Below are positions 1-11,007 of a stretch of DNA of 64,000 nt, piece after piece. The position numbers and the translations under genes are program-made. The notes beneath the pieces are model-generated. The model ran no database searches and was not told the DNA's origin. It saw only the letters and a list, made by a program, of their open reading frames with translations. Source of the stretch: Octopus sinensis (Eukaryota); contig NC_043001.1 of NCBI RefSeq assembly GCF_006345805.1, positions 42,594,001 to 42,658,000 of the forward strand. Direction: 5' to 3'. How positions within the stretch are numbered: the stretch's first letter is position 1; every line of letters starts with the position of its first letter.

Positions 1-605
1 GTCTAATACAGAGCTGGTCCAGCCTCTCCGGCGACAGCAACCGCAACCAGCCGCCTGCTGCTAATTCTGCTGCTGCTTACTGTGTTGTAACGGCCGCTGC
101 TCCTGATAATGGTAACACTAAATCTACAACCAGCCTCCTCTATGTTCTTTCTCACATTGCTATGATTCGACATAAAAATATATTGTGTATTTGTACAATG
201 TTCATCTACCACTTAACGTTATCTAACCTAGCTGAATGTTAATGCTAAAAGTGTCCTACTTAGCCGATACCCCTTATATAATTATACTGCTAAGCGCCTG
301 GAAAAAAAATTGCCGCATCAGATTTTACTTACTATTTCTCATTGTTGATTAGACCATTACAAGCTGAATAGATATATTCTAATTAGTGTGAAAACAATAC
401 TTAGAATAACATTGAGTTCTTTCATTCTTACATTCAATTTCCAAAGTAAATGACAAAATTTTATTATTTTTGTTTTTTATTAAGCAAACATATCTTGAAA
501 TCTCGGTTTGTTCAGATGACTAATCTAATTATAAAATGAATGTAATCTGAACTAAATCTTTCACAGCCACGTTGTTTGGTTTTCCTTAAGGTGATTTTAA
601 CTATT

Positions 606-705
606 GTGATAAATTGATTTTTTTCTTACAAGGACAGGAAATAGATTTTAATTTCAGTGTGATAAATGGATTTCTATATTTGCAAGGACAGGAAATGTTT
701 TAAGA
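606..705. repeat. ~55-bp imperfect tandem duplication
   Basis: gtgataaattgattt...caaggacaggaaatag recurs as gtgataaatggattt...caaggacaggaaatg. Confidence 0.7.
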
Positions 706-933
706 ATTGCACTTTTAAGGCCTGCTGGACATTCATTGGCACTTATTTGTAAACTAAAGCATGAGTTGTCCACTTTTTAAAACAGATCTCTGAGGTGTAT
801 AAACTACAGGGATACAATTAAAGTTTTTAAAAAAATCATAAATTGCAATGAACAAATTAAATTATTTGATCAGACTATCAGATGTTGTTTATGCTGCTAG
901 TCACAATGTGCTCCCTACATTGTAGCTTTTAAA

Positions 934-1127
934 TGAAGCCTATCTTCTGGCTTCGCAGGCAGACCAGAATGCCAGTCTGTCACAGGGTTACCCATTTACA
1001 GCTGAGTGGACTGGAGCAACATGAAACGAAGTATTTTCATGAACAAAATACACCACTGGTCTGAGAATCAAAACTACAATCTTGTGATTGTGTATGCAAC
1101 ACCTTAAACACTAGGCCATGCACTTTC
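934..1127 (-). mobile_element. tRNA-derived SINE with CORE-like central domain, degenerate
   Basis: Reverse complement begins gcatggcctagtgtttaagg (A box), has a B-box remnant and ctccagtccactcagctgtaaatgggta. Confidence 0.65.
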
Positions 1128-2121
1128 ATATCTCGTGTTTACAACATTGCCAAAATTGCATTGAAGACAAAGCTTCTTCATTACAGTCAGAAAATACTTC
1201 AGTCCCAATCAATTGCTGACTATCTACCAAGTTCAAGTAAAACAAATTGCAGTACAGCATTGATGTTATATACACAAACATTCTAGACCATATTAAAAAG
1301 AAAGCCATTCAACTCATTAGTAAAAGTTCCCTAATCACCACTCTTCACTCATTAGCTCACAGATGAACTGTTTCTTCATTTGACCTCTTCTATCATTATT
1401 ACTACAACAGCTTCTGCTCCCCTCAACTTGCTTTCTACTTACACCATCCACCTATTTCTCATTTACCTGTCAGCCCAAATATATATCAATTCCTAAATCC
1501 AGAACTAAACTTATCACCCTGTCATTCACTCTTACAAACACAATCTTCTGGAATTCCTTCCCTTCCTTTGTGTTTTTGTTTTTTTTCTGCAGAGATCATT
1601 TAGATATAATTTTTAAAACTGACCATCAACTACCTTTGTCACACCAGTTTGTTAAACCTTGAAATTGTCATGTATGCTGTCCCTTCTTTGACTAACTTTA
1701 AATTGATAAAATTTCTAAATTCAACATCATTGTTTCCCCCGTAACATTTCTGAAGTTAATTTCTGTCAAACTGAACATTTATAGAAACCAATCATATATC
1801 TGTAAATGAAATGGATAATTTTTAACCAACATAAATGTGAATACATCTCACTGAATTATACCAGAGGAGGAACTTAAAATTTTTTCTCACAGCCTTGGTT
1901 ACCTCTCTTTAAAACAGTTCCAATATTGCTAAATTTCTATCCCCAGAAATCTTTAATAATTTATAATAATAATGATAATAATAATAATAATAAAAGTGAC
2001 AACAAAAGAATGAGACCTCGATATTAGGTAAATAGAGGATATTTATATGTGTATAGTTTAGGATAATCTGTAAGTTGTCATTATAGGCTATTATGACAAC
2101 TTATATATATGTGTGTGTGTG

Positions 2122-2703
2122 TGTGCTTGAGAAGTCCCGGCAAGCCAAATGAGACCATAACCTCAGGACCTATGCCAGGAGTGTAACCAGCCCACTTATG
2201 TGTACCTTTCCTTCATTGGACACTAAACTTAGCTTGCAAAGACCTATTGAGGCAAGGGAAATCAAAATCAAATATGATGACTGGCATCTGTGCTAGTGGA
2301 GCGCTAAGAGCACCATCCGAGCGTGATCGTTGCCAGAGCGGCTATCTGGCTTCTGTGCTTGTTAGGCACCATTCGAGCGTGATCGTTACCAGCGTTGCCT
2401 TACTGGCACATGAAAAAGCATTCGAGTTCCGCTAGACTGGGTCCTGTGCAGGTGGCATGTAAAAAACACCATTTGAGTATGGCCATTGCCAGTACCGCCT
2501 GACTGGCCCTCATGACGGTGACACGTAAAAGCACCCACTACACTCTTGGAGTGGTTTGCGTTAGGAAGGGCATCCAGCTGTAGAAACTCTGCCAGATCAG
2601 ATTGGAGTCTGGTGCAGCCATCTGGTTCGCCAGTCCTCAGTCAAATCGTCCAACCCATGCTAGCATGGAAAGCGGACGTTAAACGATCATGATGATGATG
2701 ATT
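2122..2703 (+). mobile_element. RTE-type LINE 3' end (ORF2 terminus, 3'UTR, (GAT)n tail)
   Basis: gtgcttgagaag ORF end, internal tandem repeats, ggaagggcatccagctgtagaaac, ends catggaaagcggacgttaaacg(atg)n; same tail recurs many times in the window. Confidence 0.8.
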
Positions 2704-2704
2704 A

Positions 2705-3525
2705 TATAGTGGTGAATAAACTGTTGTCTAAATTATGCAAAAATGGAAAATAACACTTACATCTCATCTTAACTGATATATTTACCAAAATTACATCAAA
2801 ATATCTTGAAATAATACTAAAGAGTAAATTTATTCGATAAAATTGGCACTGGCTTCAACCACAGCCTCCAGACTTCGGAATCTCCTGCAATTCTTCAGGA
2901 CAGTCTCATTGTTTAAGTTGGTGAATGCTGCCATAATCCTTGCCTTCAGTTCATCTTTGGTGTTACAAGGAGTTTTGTTAGTCTCTTGCTCAACTGTACC
3001 CCACACATAATAATCAAAGAGGCTGCAGCCTGGGAAGTTAGGTGACCAGATGTTAGGGGTGATGTGGTTGCAGAAATTATCTGACAGCCATGACTGGGTT
3101 CTCCTGCTTGTGTAGCATGGTGCAGAGTCCTGTTGCCAGATATAGGGTCTTCCAGCAGCCACCCTCTTCATCCAGGACAACACCACTTCTTCCAAGCACT
3201 TGATGTAGGCCTCTGCGTTGAGTCTGAGGCTGTGTGGGAAGATGAATGGAGGCATAACATCACCATCACTAGTGATCACTCCAAACACTATGATGTTGAC
3301 TGAATGTTTGATTTTTATCACTCTCGGTAGGTGTTTTGGGGACATAGCAAGCCAACGGTTGTTCTGTGTGTTCACGATCTGATCCTGGCAGAAATTTTTC
3401 TCGTCTGAGAAAAACCAAAGCATATTCAAGTTGGAGGGGATGCTTGAATTTATTCAAAAGCTTTGTAGCATAGTCTTTCCTCTTGTCCTTGATGGCTTGG
3501 GATAAAAATTGGCCCTTTCTCATCT
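2705..3525 (-). mobile_element. maT (DD37D) Tc1/mariner-superfamily transposon, 5'-truncated, transposase pseudogene
   Basis: ORF 2830-3429: FSDEK...WQQDSAP-x37-D (SLFDYYVWG), spacing counted as 37; N-terminal part in frameshifted ORF 3269-3523. Confidence 0.9.
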
Positions 3526-4264
3526 TCTATGAGTAATACTGAATATCTTCTATTATATGACAGTCAATGTCTTTATGTGTGTTCGTGTGTTACTTATAGA
3601 CTTGAAAACTACTGCACTGATCCTAATGTAATTTGGAACCCAAAATCCAACCCTAGGGAGAAAGGTAATGCTGTACGTTTCATACAATTTCATGGCCCAA
3701 AATTACTGAATGGACCCTTATGATATTTGGAACTTAGATTCAATGCATAAGGGCAGGTATAATGCAGTATTCTTGGTTTGAATATGAGGAGGCTTAAAGG
3801 GGGCAGTTTCCGTTGTTGATGAAATTTCAACCATAGGTAAGTGACACACATCAAGAAGCATTCCCAAAGTTTCCATTCTAAGACCCCCTAATGGGGGCCT
3901 TAACTCCCAGATTTTAGTCATTTTTTATGATCTAAAACTAGTTCAAAAGTACTGAATAGATCTTTATGAAATTTGGAAATTATATTCTATGCATAGGCAC
4001 AGATGTAATGCAGTATAAGTTTGAAAGTGAGGGGGCATAAATGAAGTCAAATTTTGCTGTTGATGAAATTTTAACCATAGATATTACACACAAATGAAGT
4101 AATATTCATAAAATTTCAACTTCATAGGCGTTAGTAACATCCCTTAATGGGGCCTAACCCATACAATTTAGTCATTTTTCCTAAGCCAAGATGAATACAA
4201 TTATAGACTTGGAAGCTATGAGTCACCCGAGCATACAAGATGAGCGTTATTTGTAATTCACTGG
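3526..4264 (+). mobile_element. Helitron-like non-autonomous element with internal ~245-bp tandem repeat
   Basis: 5' TC, subterminal aaaactactgcactgatcctaatgtaatttgg, two similar units (3720-3840, 3965-4082), 3' cccgagca...CTGG followed by T. Confidence 0.6.
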
Positions 4265-4819
4265 TACAACAGTGTAAGAGTTTGCTTTAAGATTTACATA
4301 AATTGTGATTTCTGCAATGTTGTGCATAAATTGTCAAGTAAAGGAGAGGTATATTTGCATCCACTGTTATTTTGAGTAAAGTTATTTGGTTGCAGACCTC
4401 CTTTGAGTCTTTTTATTATCACAGGGTCAGAGATAGTCCCCAGATGGTAACTTTCCAGATAAGTAATTGGTTATTCAAAGAGATTTATAGTTTGCAAATT
4501 TATTCTTATCAACATAGTGATCATTGGCAAACTTCATAGGTGACTCTTTCATTTCCCCTTAGCCCTCATATCACACAGTTGTTAATGTTTATTTGAGTTG
4601 GGTCATGCCCTTCCAATTGCTATAGATCTGCAAATCACCTTATGGCTCTGCTGGTCATCTATATGGTGAGGAATCCTACATTGGGGATTGGTAATGACTA
4701 GAGTAGGATAGCTGACTGCTTACTGTGATGATTTGTCTTTTGGTTTCCTGTAGCTTTGCTCTCTTTCATAAACCCAGTGAACATTCATATATTTCCAATT
4801 TCAAAGAAATTTAAACAGA

Positions 4820-5155
4820 TATAAGACACAAGTTAAAAAAAGATTCCCAACTTCTCTGGTTGGCTTTAAATCATCCCCTTAACTTCCACATTTTAGAGCT
4901 CCATGTGTTCCATTTTTTAGGAGCAAAAACCTTTGAATAGGTTTTATAAGATTTGGATTTTGGAATCTGAGCATGTCATGATTAGAATTTTTGTTAGGGT
5001 GTGTAAAGAGGGAAAGAACACGTCATTAAAATTCTTAATCTCCAATTTTGATGAAATTCGAATCATAGGTATTCCAGTCCATTGGAGAAAATATAAAAGA
5101 AAAGTCTAATTCTTCAATTCCATGTGACACAGGCAACACTGGCTATCTCTACTAG
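4820..5155 (+). mobile_element. Helitron-like non-autonomous element 3' part
   Basis: Ends caggcaacactggctatctctaCTAG followed by T; shares ttgatgaaatt motif with 3526-4264; left boundary approximate. Confidence 0.5.
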
Positions 5156-5186
5156 TATATATTAAAGTTAGATAAGGCTGATTTAT

Positions 5187-5247
5187 AAGATTACCTAAGG
5201 TTTCACATCCATAAAGGGCTTAATTTTATGGCGTATCATTAGATCCC
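5187..5247 (-). ncRNA. Type I hammerhead ribozyme, degenerate (CUAAUGA core)
   Basis: RC: gggat-ctaatga-stem II (ccataaa/tttatgg)-gaaa-ccttag-GUA-atctt; G5 to A change and stem I mismatches. Confidence 0.65.
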
Positions 5248-6160
5248 AAATCGATGTCAACAAAGGGGATTGTATCCCTTTGGCTATCGATCACTTGTGG
5301 GTTCCAATAGGTTTGCAGGAATTTCCTGAAATGTAAGCACTGTCCAAAGACCTCCGTTCTGGAGTTCAGGATGTTCCCTGAGTAGAGGGAGTCCTTTAGG
5401 ATCCCCGCCCATTCTGCTGTGCATAATTTACAGTGACTGGTCCCATTTATGTAGGAGCCTGGATTTTCTAGGATTCTCCATGATATTGTGTATGGAATCC
5501 CGATGCCTATCAGCTGCCTAATGATGTGATGAATCTTCTTTCCGGCATCCTGAAGGATGATGTATGGTTGGAAAGGCATTGTTTGAGTTGGTGGAATAGC
5601 CGACATATCTCCATGGTTAGATATTGGCGGTGGTGTGACTATTGGTGTTGGTGTCATTGCTACCACTGCTGCTGGAATTGGCACTGTTGGTACTGGTGTT
5701 GGCATCATTGGAGATGGCAATGGTGTTGGTAAAGGTGCCATTGTTGTTATTATGGCCATTGCCATTGATGAAGGCGTTGTCATTAAAAAAGATTCTTCAT
5801 GTCATTAGCCAGCTATTTATGGCAGCTGATGGGTGCCAGGATTCCATACACAATATCATGGAGAATCCTAGAAAATCCAAGCCCCTACATTAACAGGACC
5901 AATCACTGTAAATTATGCATAGCAGAACAGGCAAGGATCCTAAAGGGCTCCCTCTACCCAGGGAACATCTTGACCTCCAGAACAGGGGTCTTCAGACTGT
6001 GCTTACATTTCAGGAAAATTCCTGCTAGCCTATTGGAACCCACAGGATAACAGGGTCACCAGTGATTGATAGTCAAAGGACTACAATCCCCTTTGTTGAC
6101 ATTGAGTAATGGGGTCCATTCTCCTCCATATTCTAGAGAGGCCTTTAGCCAACAGGTTTT

Positions 6161-6221
6161 GGGATCTGATGATATGCCATAAAATTAAGCCCTTTCTAAA
6201 TGTGAAACCTAAAGTAATCCC
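6161..6221 (+). ncRNA. Type I hammerhead ribozyme, catalytic core intact
   Basis: gggat/atccc stem I, CUGAUGA 6166-6172, GAAA 6204-6207, GUA triplet 6214-6216; stem II partly eroded. Confidence 0.7.
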
Positions 6222-6344
6222 ATAAAACGGCCTTATCTAACTTTAATATATACTGCTCTATAACTTAGAGTGTGCTTCTTTTTTCAGACCTATGATTATG
6301 GATGATATATATATATATATATTATTATTTCTAAGTCTCTCTAA

Positions 6345-6600
6345 AGGAGACTACAGCAGCTGTACTGGTTATTAATAGTTATCACCAAGCTAATATGGCA
6401 GTCCATAAATATAGGATGAATGCTGCCATTAATTAGCTCCAAGAGGCCATCGCCTCTAGCTAGCTATGTGACACATGAACCTGTGTCCATTATAACCTTT
6501 GAACAGGGGAAGTCAGCCGCTTCCCCTTGTTGGCCAGGCATCTGCAGACTAGTTTCAGGGTATTTGCCCTTTATCAATGCAGGGCATTGATAGAAATTGA
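6345..6600 (-). mobile_element. PLE pseudo-LTR-like fragment containing a minimal hammerhead
   Basis: Contains HHR 6542-6582 and hairpin ggggaag/cttcccc; PLE origin is inferred from HHR type. Confidence 0.45.
6542..6582 (-). ncRNA. Minimal type I hammerhead ribozyme with mutated core
   Basis: RC: ctgca-ttgataa-aggg(caaata)ccct-gaaa-ctag-tc-tgcag; all three stems match, core differs from CUGAUGA at C3 and G8. Confidence 0.75.
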
Positions 6601-6695
6601 GAGACTTAAAAATAATAATATTTCTATTTTTGAAAACCAGTGGATGTATTCCACTGAATTTAGGTAAATAATCCTTCGAACAGACAGTCAGTAGC

Positions 6696-7001
6696 GACAC
6701 CTGCTTGGTTCGGCTGCTCCTGCATGCGATTGTGCAATGCTCTGAAGTGACTGAGCTCTGGGCTTATGTTGAATACCTGCTGTCACATTCGAGAAGAGTA
6801 CAACTGTCGAGTGAATCTGTAATTAAGATCATTCCGCCGACCCCACTGAATAGGGAGGAGTGAGCCTGTTTTCTCTCGGCAGTTGCCATTGCGAAAGAGG
6901 TTGTATGGAAGACGAGGGTGAAAGGAATTGCAACAGGCATGTTCATCTCCAGTCTCAAGCTAACTGACTTTTTCGTTTTGCACATGAAATGGAAAATAAA
7001 G
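6696..7001 (+). mobile_element. Tx1/L1-like LINE ORF2 C-terminal remnant
   Basis: LLHAIVQCSEVTELWAYVEYLLS..SESVIKI..AVAIAKEVVWKTR; homologous to 55575-55793 on the minus strand. Confidence 0.65.
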
Positions 7002-7004
7002 CTC

Positions 7005-7826
7005 TACTATTAGAGCAAGATCATCAGCATAAAGGAGCTCCCAGGGGCAGCCTGTCTTGAATTCCTCTGTTATTGCCTGGAGGACTATGATGAACAAGAG
7101 GGTGGCTGAGGACTGATCCTTGGTGAACCCCTACTTGTACCCTGAATTTATTGCCCCGTAATTCTATTCAGAATTCTTCACTATACTCGTTGCCAACCTT
7201 CGCCTTACTGACAGCATCCCTGTACATAGCTTGTATAGCTCTCACTAACCACTCATCTATCCTTAGTTTCCACATGACCACCAGATAAGGGATCAGGGGA
7301 CCCTGTCAAAGGCTTTCTCCATGTCAACAAAAGCCGAGTACAGAGGTTTGTCTTTGGCTAGAAATTTCTCCTGCAGCTGTCTTACCAGAAATGTAGCACC
7401 AGTGATGCTTCTCCCTGGCACAGACCCGAACTGCATCTCATCTAGACTAACTCTCTTCCTAATTAGTTAGGCTATGACCTTCTCCATGACTTTCATCGCC
7501 TGATCCAACAATTTGATACCTCTGTAATTATTTCTATCTAAGGCATCACTTTCACCTTTGCAGCAGTTCACAATGGTGCTGCTCCACCAGTCATTGGGTA
7601 TGATTCCTTTGTGTATCACCTGGTTAACTATATGGATGATTAGACTCTAGCCTACACCGCCAGATTTCTTAAGCATCTCTGCGCTGATTCCTGATGGGCT
7701 GGGGGCTTTCCTTGTTTTCATACTCTTAATAGCTTTATCTACCAAAGTACTGTCAATTTGGATAGCTAGTCCCTCTGTTGGGTCAACATTTGGCCCACTC
7801 TCTTTCTCCCATTCATTCTCTTCATG
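7005..7826 (-). mobile_element. RTE-type LINE reverse transcriptase fragment (pseudogene)
   Basis: KAPSPSGI..NNYRGIKLL..FVDMEKAFDRV..VHQGSVLS..ELLYADDL. Confidence 0.9.
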
Positions 7827-7848
7827 TATATATATGTATGTATGTCTG

Positions 7849-8103
7849 TCATCATCATCATCTTTGTTGTGTAACGCCTGCTTTCCATGTTGGCATGAGT
7901 TGGATGGTTTGACTGAGAACTGGCAAGCCAGGAGGCTGCACCAGGCTCCAATTGAATTTGACAAGGTTTTTACAGCTGGTTTCTACAGCCCTTCCTAACG
8001 CCAACCACTCCAAGAGTATAGTGGGTGCTTTTTATATGCCACCAGCATGAGAGCCAGTTAGACAGCACTGGCATTGGCCACACTTGAATGGTGCTTTTTA
8101 TGT
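7849..8103 (-). mobile_element. RTE-type 3' tail
   Basis: (cat)n, then RC of the tail seen at 2520-2700. Confidence 0.75.
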
Positions 8104-8104
8104 G

Positions 8105-9376
8105 AGGGTGGGATAGAGAGGATGGACGCTTTCGAAATGGCTATTACTCAGCCCTAGGGGAAGGAACATATGTCTGATAGTTACCATTTGGTTCGTAGTG
8201 TCCTAGCTTTTTTTTTTTTTTTGCAGGTGAAGCCATGGTGCTGTGAATGAGAGAGCATCACATGTTTGACTACAACAGTTACGTGAAGAACAACAAGTCT
8301 GTTACAGCAGTTCAGCATGAGTTTGGGTGCCACTTCAACATTCACCGAAACACTATTGATAAAGAGACAGGTGGGGGTGCCATGAATGGTATAGACTCTG
8401 GAAAATGTGGAACGCATCAGACAAACTTTGATATGGAGTCCGAATCACTATGCTCGGAGGCATTCCACTGAACTTGGCATCAATAATCAATCAGTAAGGT
8501 GTATTTTGCATGAAGACCTGTATTTCCACATGTACAAATTGGTCATTGGACAACAGTTGAAACCATGGGTCTATGCACAGCAGCGTAACTTTGCATCTCA
8601 GATGGAAGCTGTTTTTGAGGCAAATGACAACCTCATTTTGTTAGTGAGTGATGAATCTCATTTTCATCTCAATGGCATGGTGAATCAATAGAACTGTCAT
8701 TATTGGACTCTTGAAAATTCAAGAGAACTGCATGAAAGACCACTGCACAGCCCAAAAGTGACAGTCTGGTGTGCTGTTGGAAAAGCTGTTGTCATTGGTC
8801 CTTACTTCTTTTAATAATGGAAATGCTGTTGCTATAAACTCTGACTGTTATATCGAGATGATGAACAACTTTTTGTGCCTGAATTACGACAAAATCGTAT
8901 GCCTATTTGACATGTATGGTTTCAGCAGGATAGGGTGACAACCCACACAGCTGGAGCATCAATGGATGTTCTTCACCCTTTCTTCAGCAACCGCCTTCTT
9001 TCCAGGTTTGCTGACATACCTTAGCCCCCTTGGTCCCCTGATTTGTCCATGTATGGTTATTTCTTGTGGGGAAATCTCAGGGCACGTGTGTATGCACACA
9101 AGCCCCATACATTGGACAATTTGAAGGAAGCTATTCGCATGGAAGTTGCCCAAATCAACAGAGCAATGCTGGAGAGAGTGGAGGCCAACTTCCAAGAACG
9201 CTTTCAGAAATGCGTCATTGAAAATGGATACCACATGATGGATGTTGTTTTCCACACTTGATTTTGACAAATACTAATTCAAATCGAACTCATTGATGTC
9301 AATAAAATTTGTTTGCTACTAAAATTAATGATTTTGTGAATTTTTCAAAAACATCCATCCTCTCTGCCCCACCCTG
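8105..9376 (+). mobile_element. Near full-length DD41D (rosa/VS-type) Tc1/mariner transposon, transposase pseudogene 8235-9261
   Basis: TIRs agggtgggatagagaggatgga / tccatcctctctgccccaccctg followed by TA; SDESHFHLNG, WFQQD-x41-(D to G)YFLWG; stops and frameshifts. Confidence 0.88.
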
Positions 9377-9639
9377 TATATATATTCATATATATAATCT
9401 TACACTACTATGACAAAAGTTTTTGTGTTACAGTTCCCTGAGTTTATGGGACTGATCAGCGAGTTAATAGTTATTTCCAAAATACACAAAATATAAATAA
9501 ATAAAATTAACTAATTGACTCTGTTTACAACATCCTTCTCACCTTTGCAATTAGTAGTATTTAAAAACTTCATTTGATGAAATTACAAAAAAGCAAGCTG
9601 ATATCATCAATACTATTGTCGTTGTCATTGTCATCATCA

Positions 9640-10760
9640 TCATCTTTTAATACCTGTCTTCCAAGTTGGTATGGTTTGTATAGTTTGATAAGTCCATATT
9701 TGAATGTCTGTTTTGGTATGGCCTCTACAATGTCTTTCCTAATGCCAACCGTTTCTCAGGGTGTAACAGGTGCTTCTTTCATGACACCAACACTAGCGAA
9801 ATCACTGCATACCTTGCAAAACTAAGATTTTATTCAACTGAATGAGGCTTCTGTAGAGATAGCGGCAGCGTTATTCTAGGTAATGAAAGGTTAGAATATG
9901 AAGGAAGATACTGGAAAAAATTCCTTGTAGAAGAGATACATGGCAGCTTACATTACACAAGAGTAGGCTGGAGTAATTATAGTGGAGCTGAAAAAAGAGA
10001 TAAAGATGATGGCAACAATGTACCAGGGTGGGGCCTAGGGAAAGAAGAATGTGAAGAGGGAGTAGGTAGAGTTTGTAAGAGTGTGTAGAGAGAGTGAGTG
10101 ATTGCTAAAGAAGGAGTAGGAGTAAAATATTGAACAAGAGAGATAGGGCATGAGGGTTGATGATAAATATGAATTGAATAGAACGTGGGAGAGATTAGAT
10201 AATGACTAGCGATTTGGTGGGTATGTTGTGAATGGTGGAGGGGAGATCAGTGATAAATATGAGTTTGAGGGAAGGTCTGGGAGAATAGGTACTATTCTGC
10301 ATCTGCTCTCCCCAACCTACAGAGAAGGATGAGAGAAATGGAGATTATGTGAGAGTGGGTAGGTTGCAAGCGTGTGAGTGGCGATAGATGTAGTGTATGG
10401 GGATAGTGTGAGATGTATGGAGATATAGGCAAGTCTAGTCTATGAATCACTGGAGAGGTGAAAGAGAGATAATTTGGTAGCATAGAAAGATGGGGTAATT
10501 AATGTAAAATGTAAATGGAGAACAGCAATGTTATGAAAGCAGGATGGTTCTGGTATCACAGTAAAGATGATAACATGTATAGTTCTACCCCCATTTAATT
10601 ATAGCAGTAGAAAACTGCTGTTAGGCGAATGATTGAGAGATCACTGACAGAAAAATGAAGAGGTGGAGGGAAAGCTTGATGAGGAAATTAGGCAAGAGGC
10701 CCCATTTGTGTATATATACATTATACTTCCAGAACTTCAGTTTTGCTGAGATGGGCAGGT
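9640..10760 (-). mobile_element. Old RTE-type tail and purine-rich 3'UTR-like sequence
   Basis: (cat)n plus tttcctaatgccaacc motif; the rest is degenerate and resembles 35340-35740. Confidence 0.4.
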
Positions 10761-11007
10761 TTTCTGTAGCATTGCATATTGCCAGTCATCCTGGTCCTTT
10801 ATCATATCCACCATGAGAGTCAAGGTCCTGAGACCAATATTCATTACATTGTCTTATGATTTCTAAGTCTCTCACTTTCACAAGTTCCATTTGCCTTAAG
10901 CAATGGGTGAGATCTACAGATACAAAAAGAAAATGTCCAAACTTAATTTTATTATGTCTTCTAGTGTTTTTTTTTTTCAATTTTATTCTGAATTCAATTT
11001 TTGCAGA

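Larger units (their letters stand above)
5154..6254. mobile_element. Penelope-like element: divergent inverted pair of pseudo-LTRs (GIY-YIG C-terminus plus 3'UTR)
   Basis: Arms 5154-~5543 (-) and ~5785-6254 (+) are reverse-complement homologues encoding IPYTISWRILEN..HCKLC..LNSRTEVF..CLHFRK; left arm extends to WRYVG (YIG motif). Confidence 0.9.

Noticed and set aside
4270-4800. Minus-strand translation as Helitron Rep or L1 remnant
   Set aside because: Only scattered residue matches across many stops; cannot be supported by eye.
5226-5783. 185-aa Thr/Pro-rich mucin-like ORF as a host gene
   Set aside because: It is an off-frame reading of the N/S/T tract that shifts into the PLE GIY-YIG C-terminus; it lies in a repeat arm.
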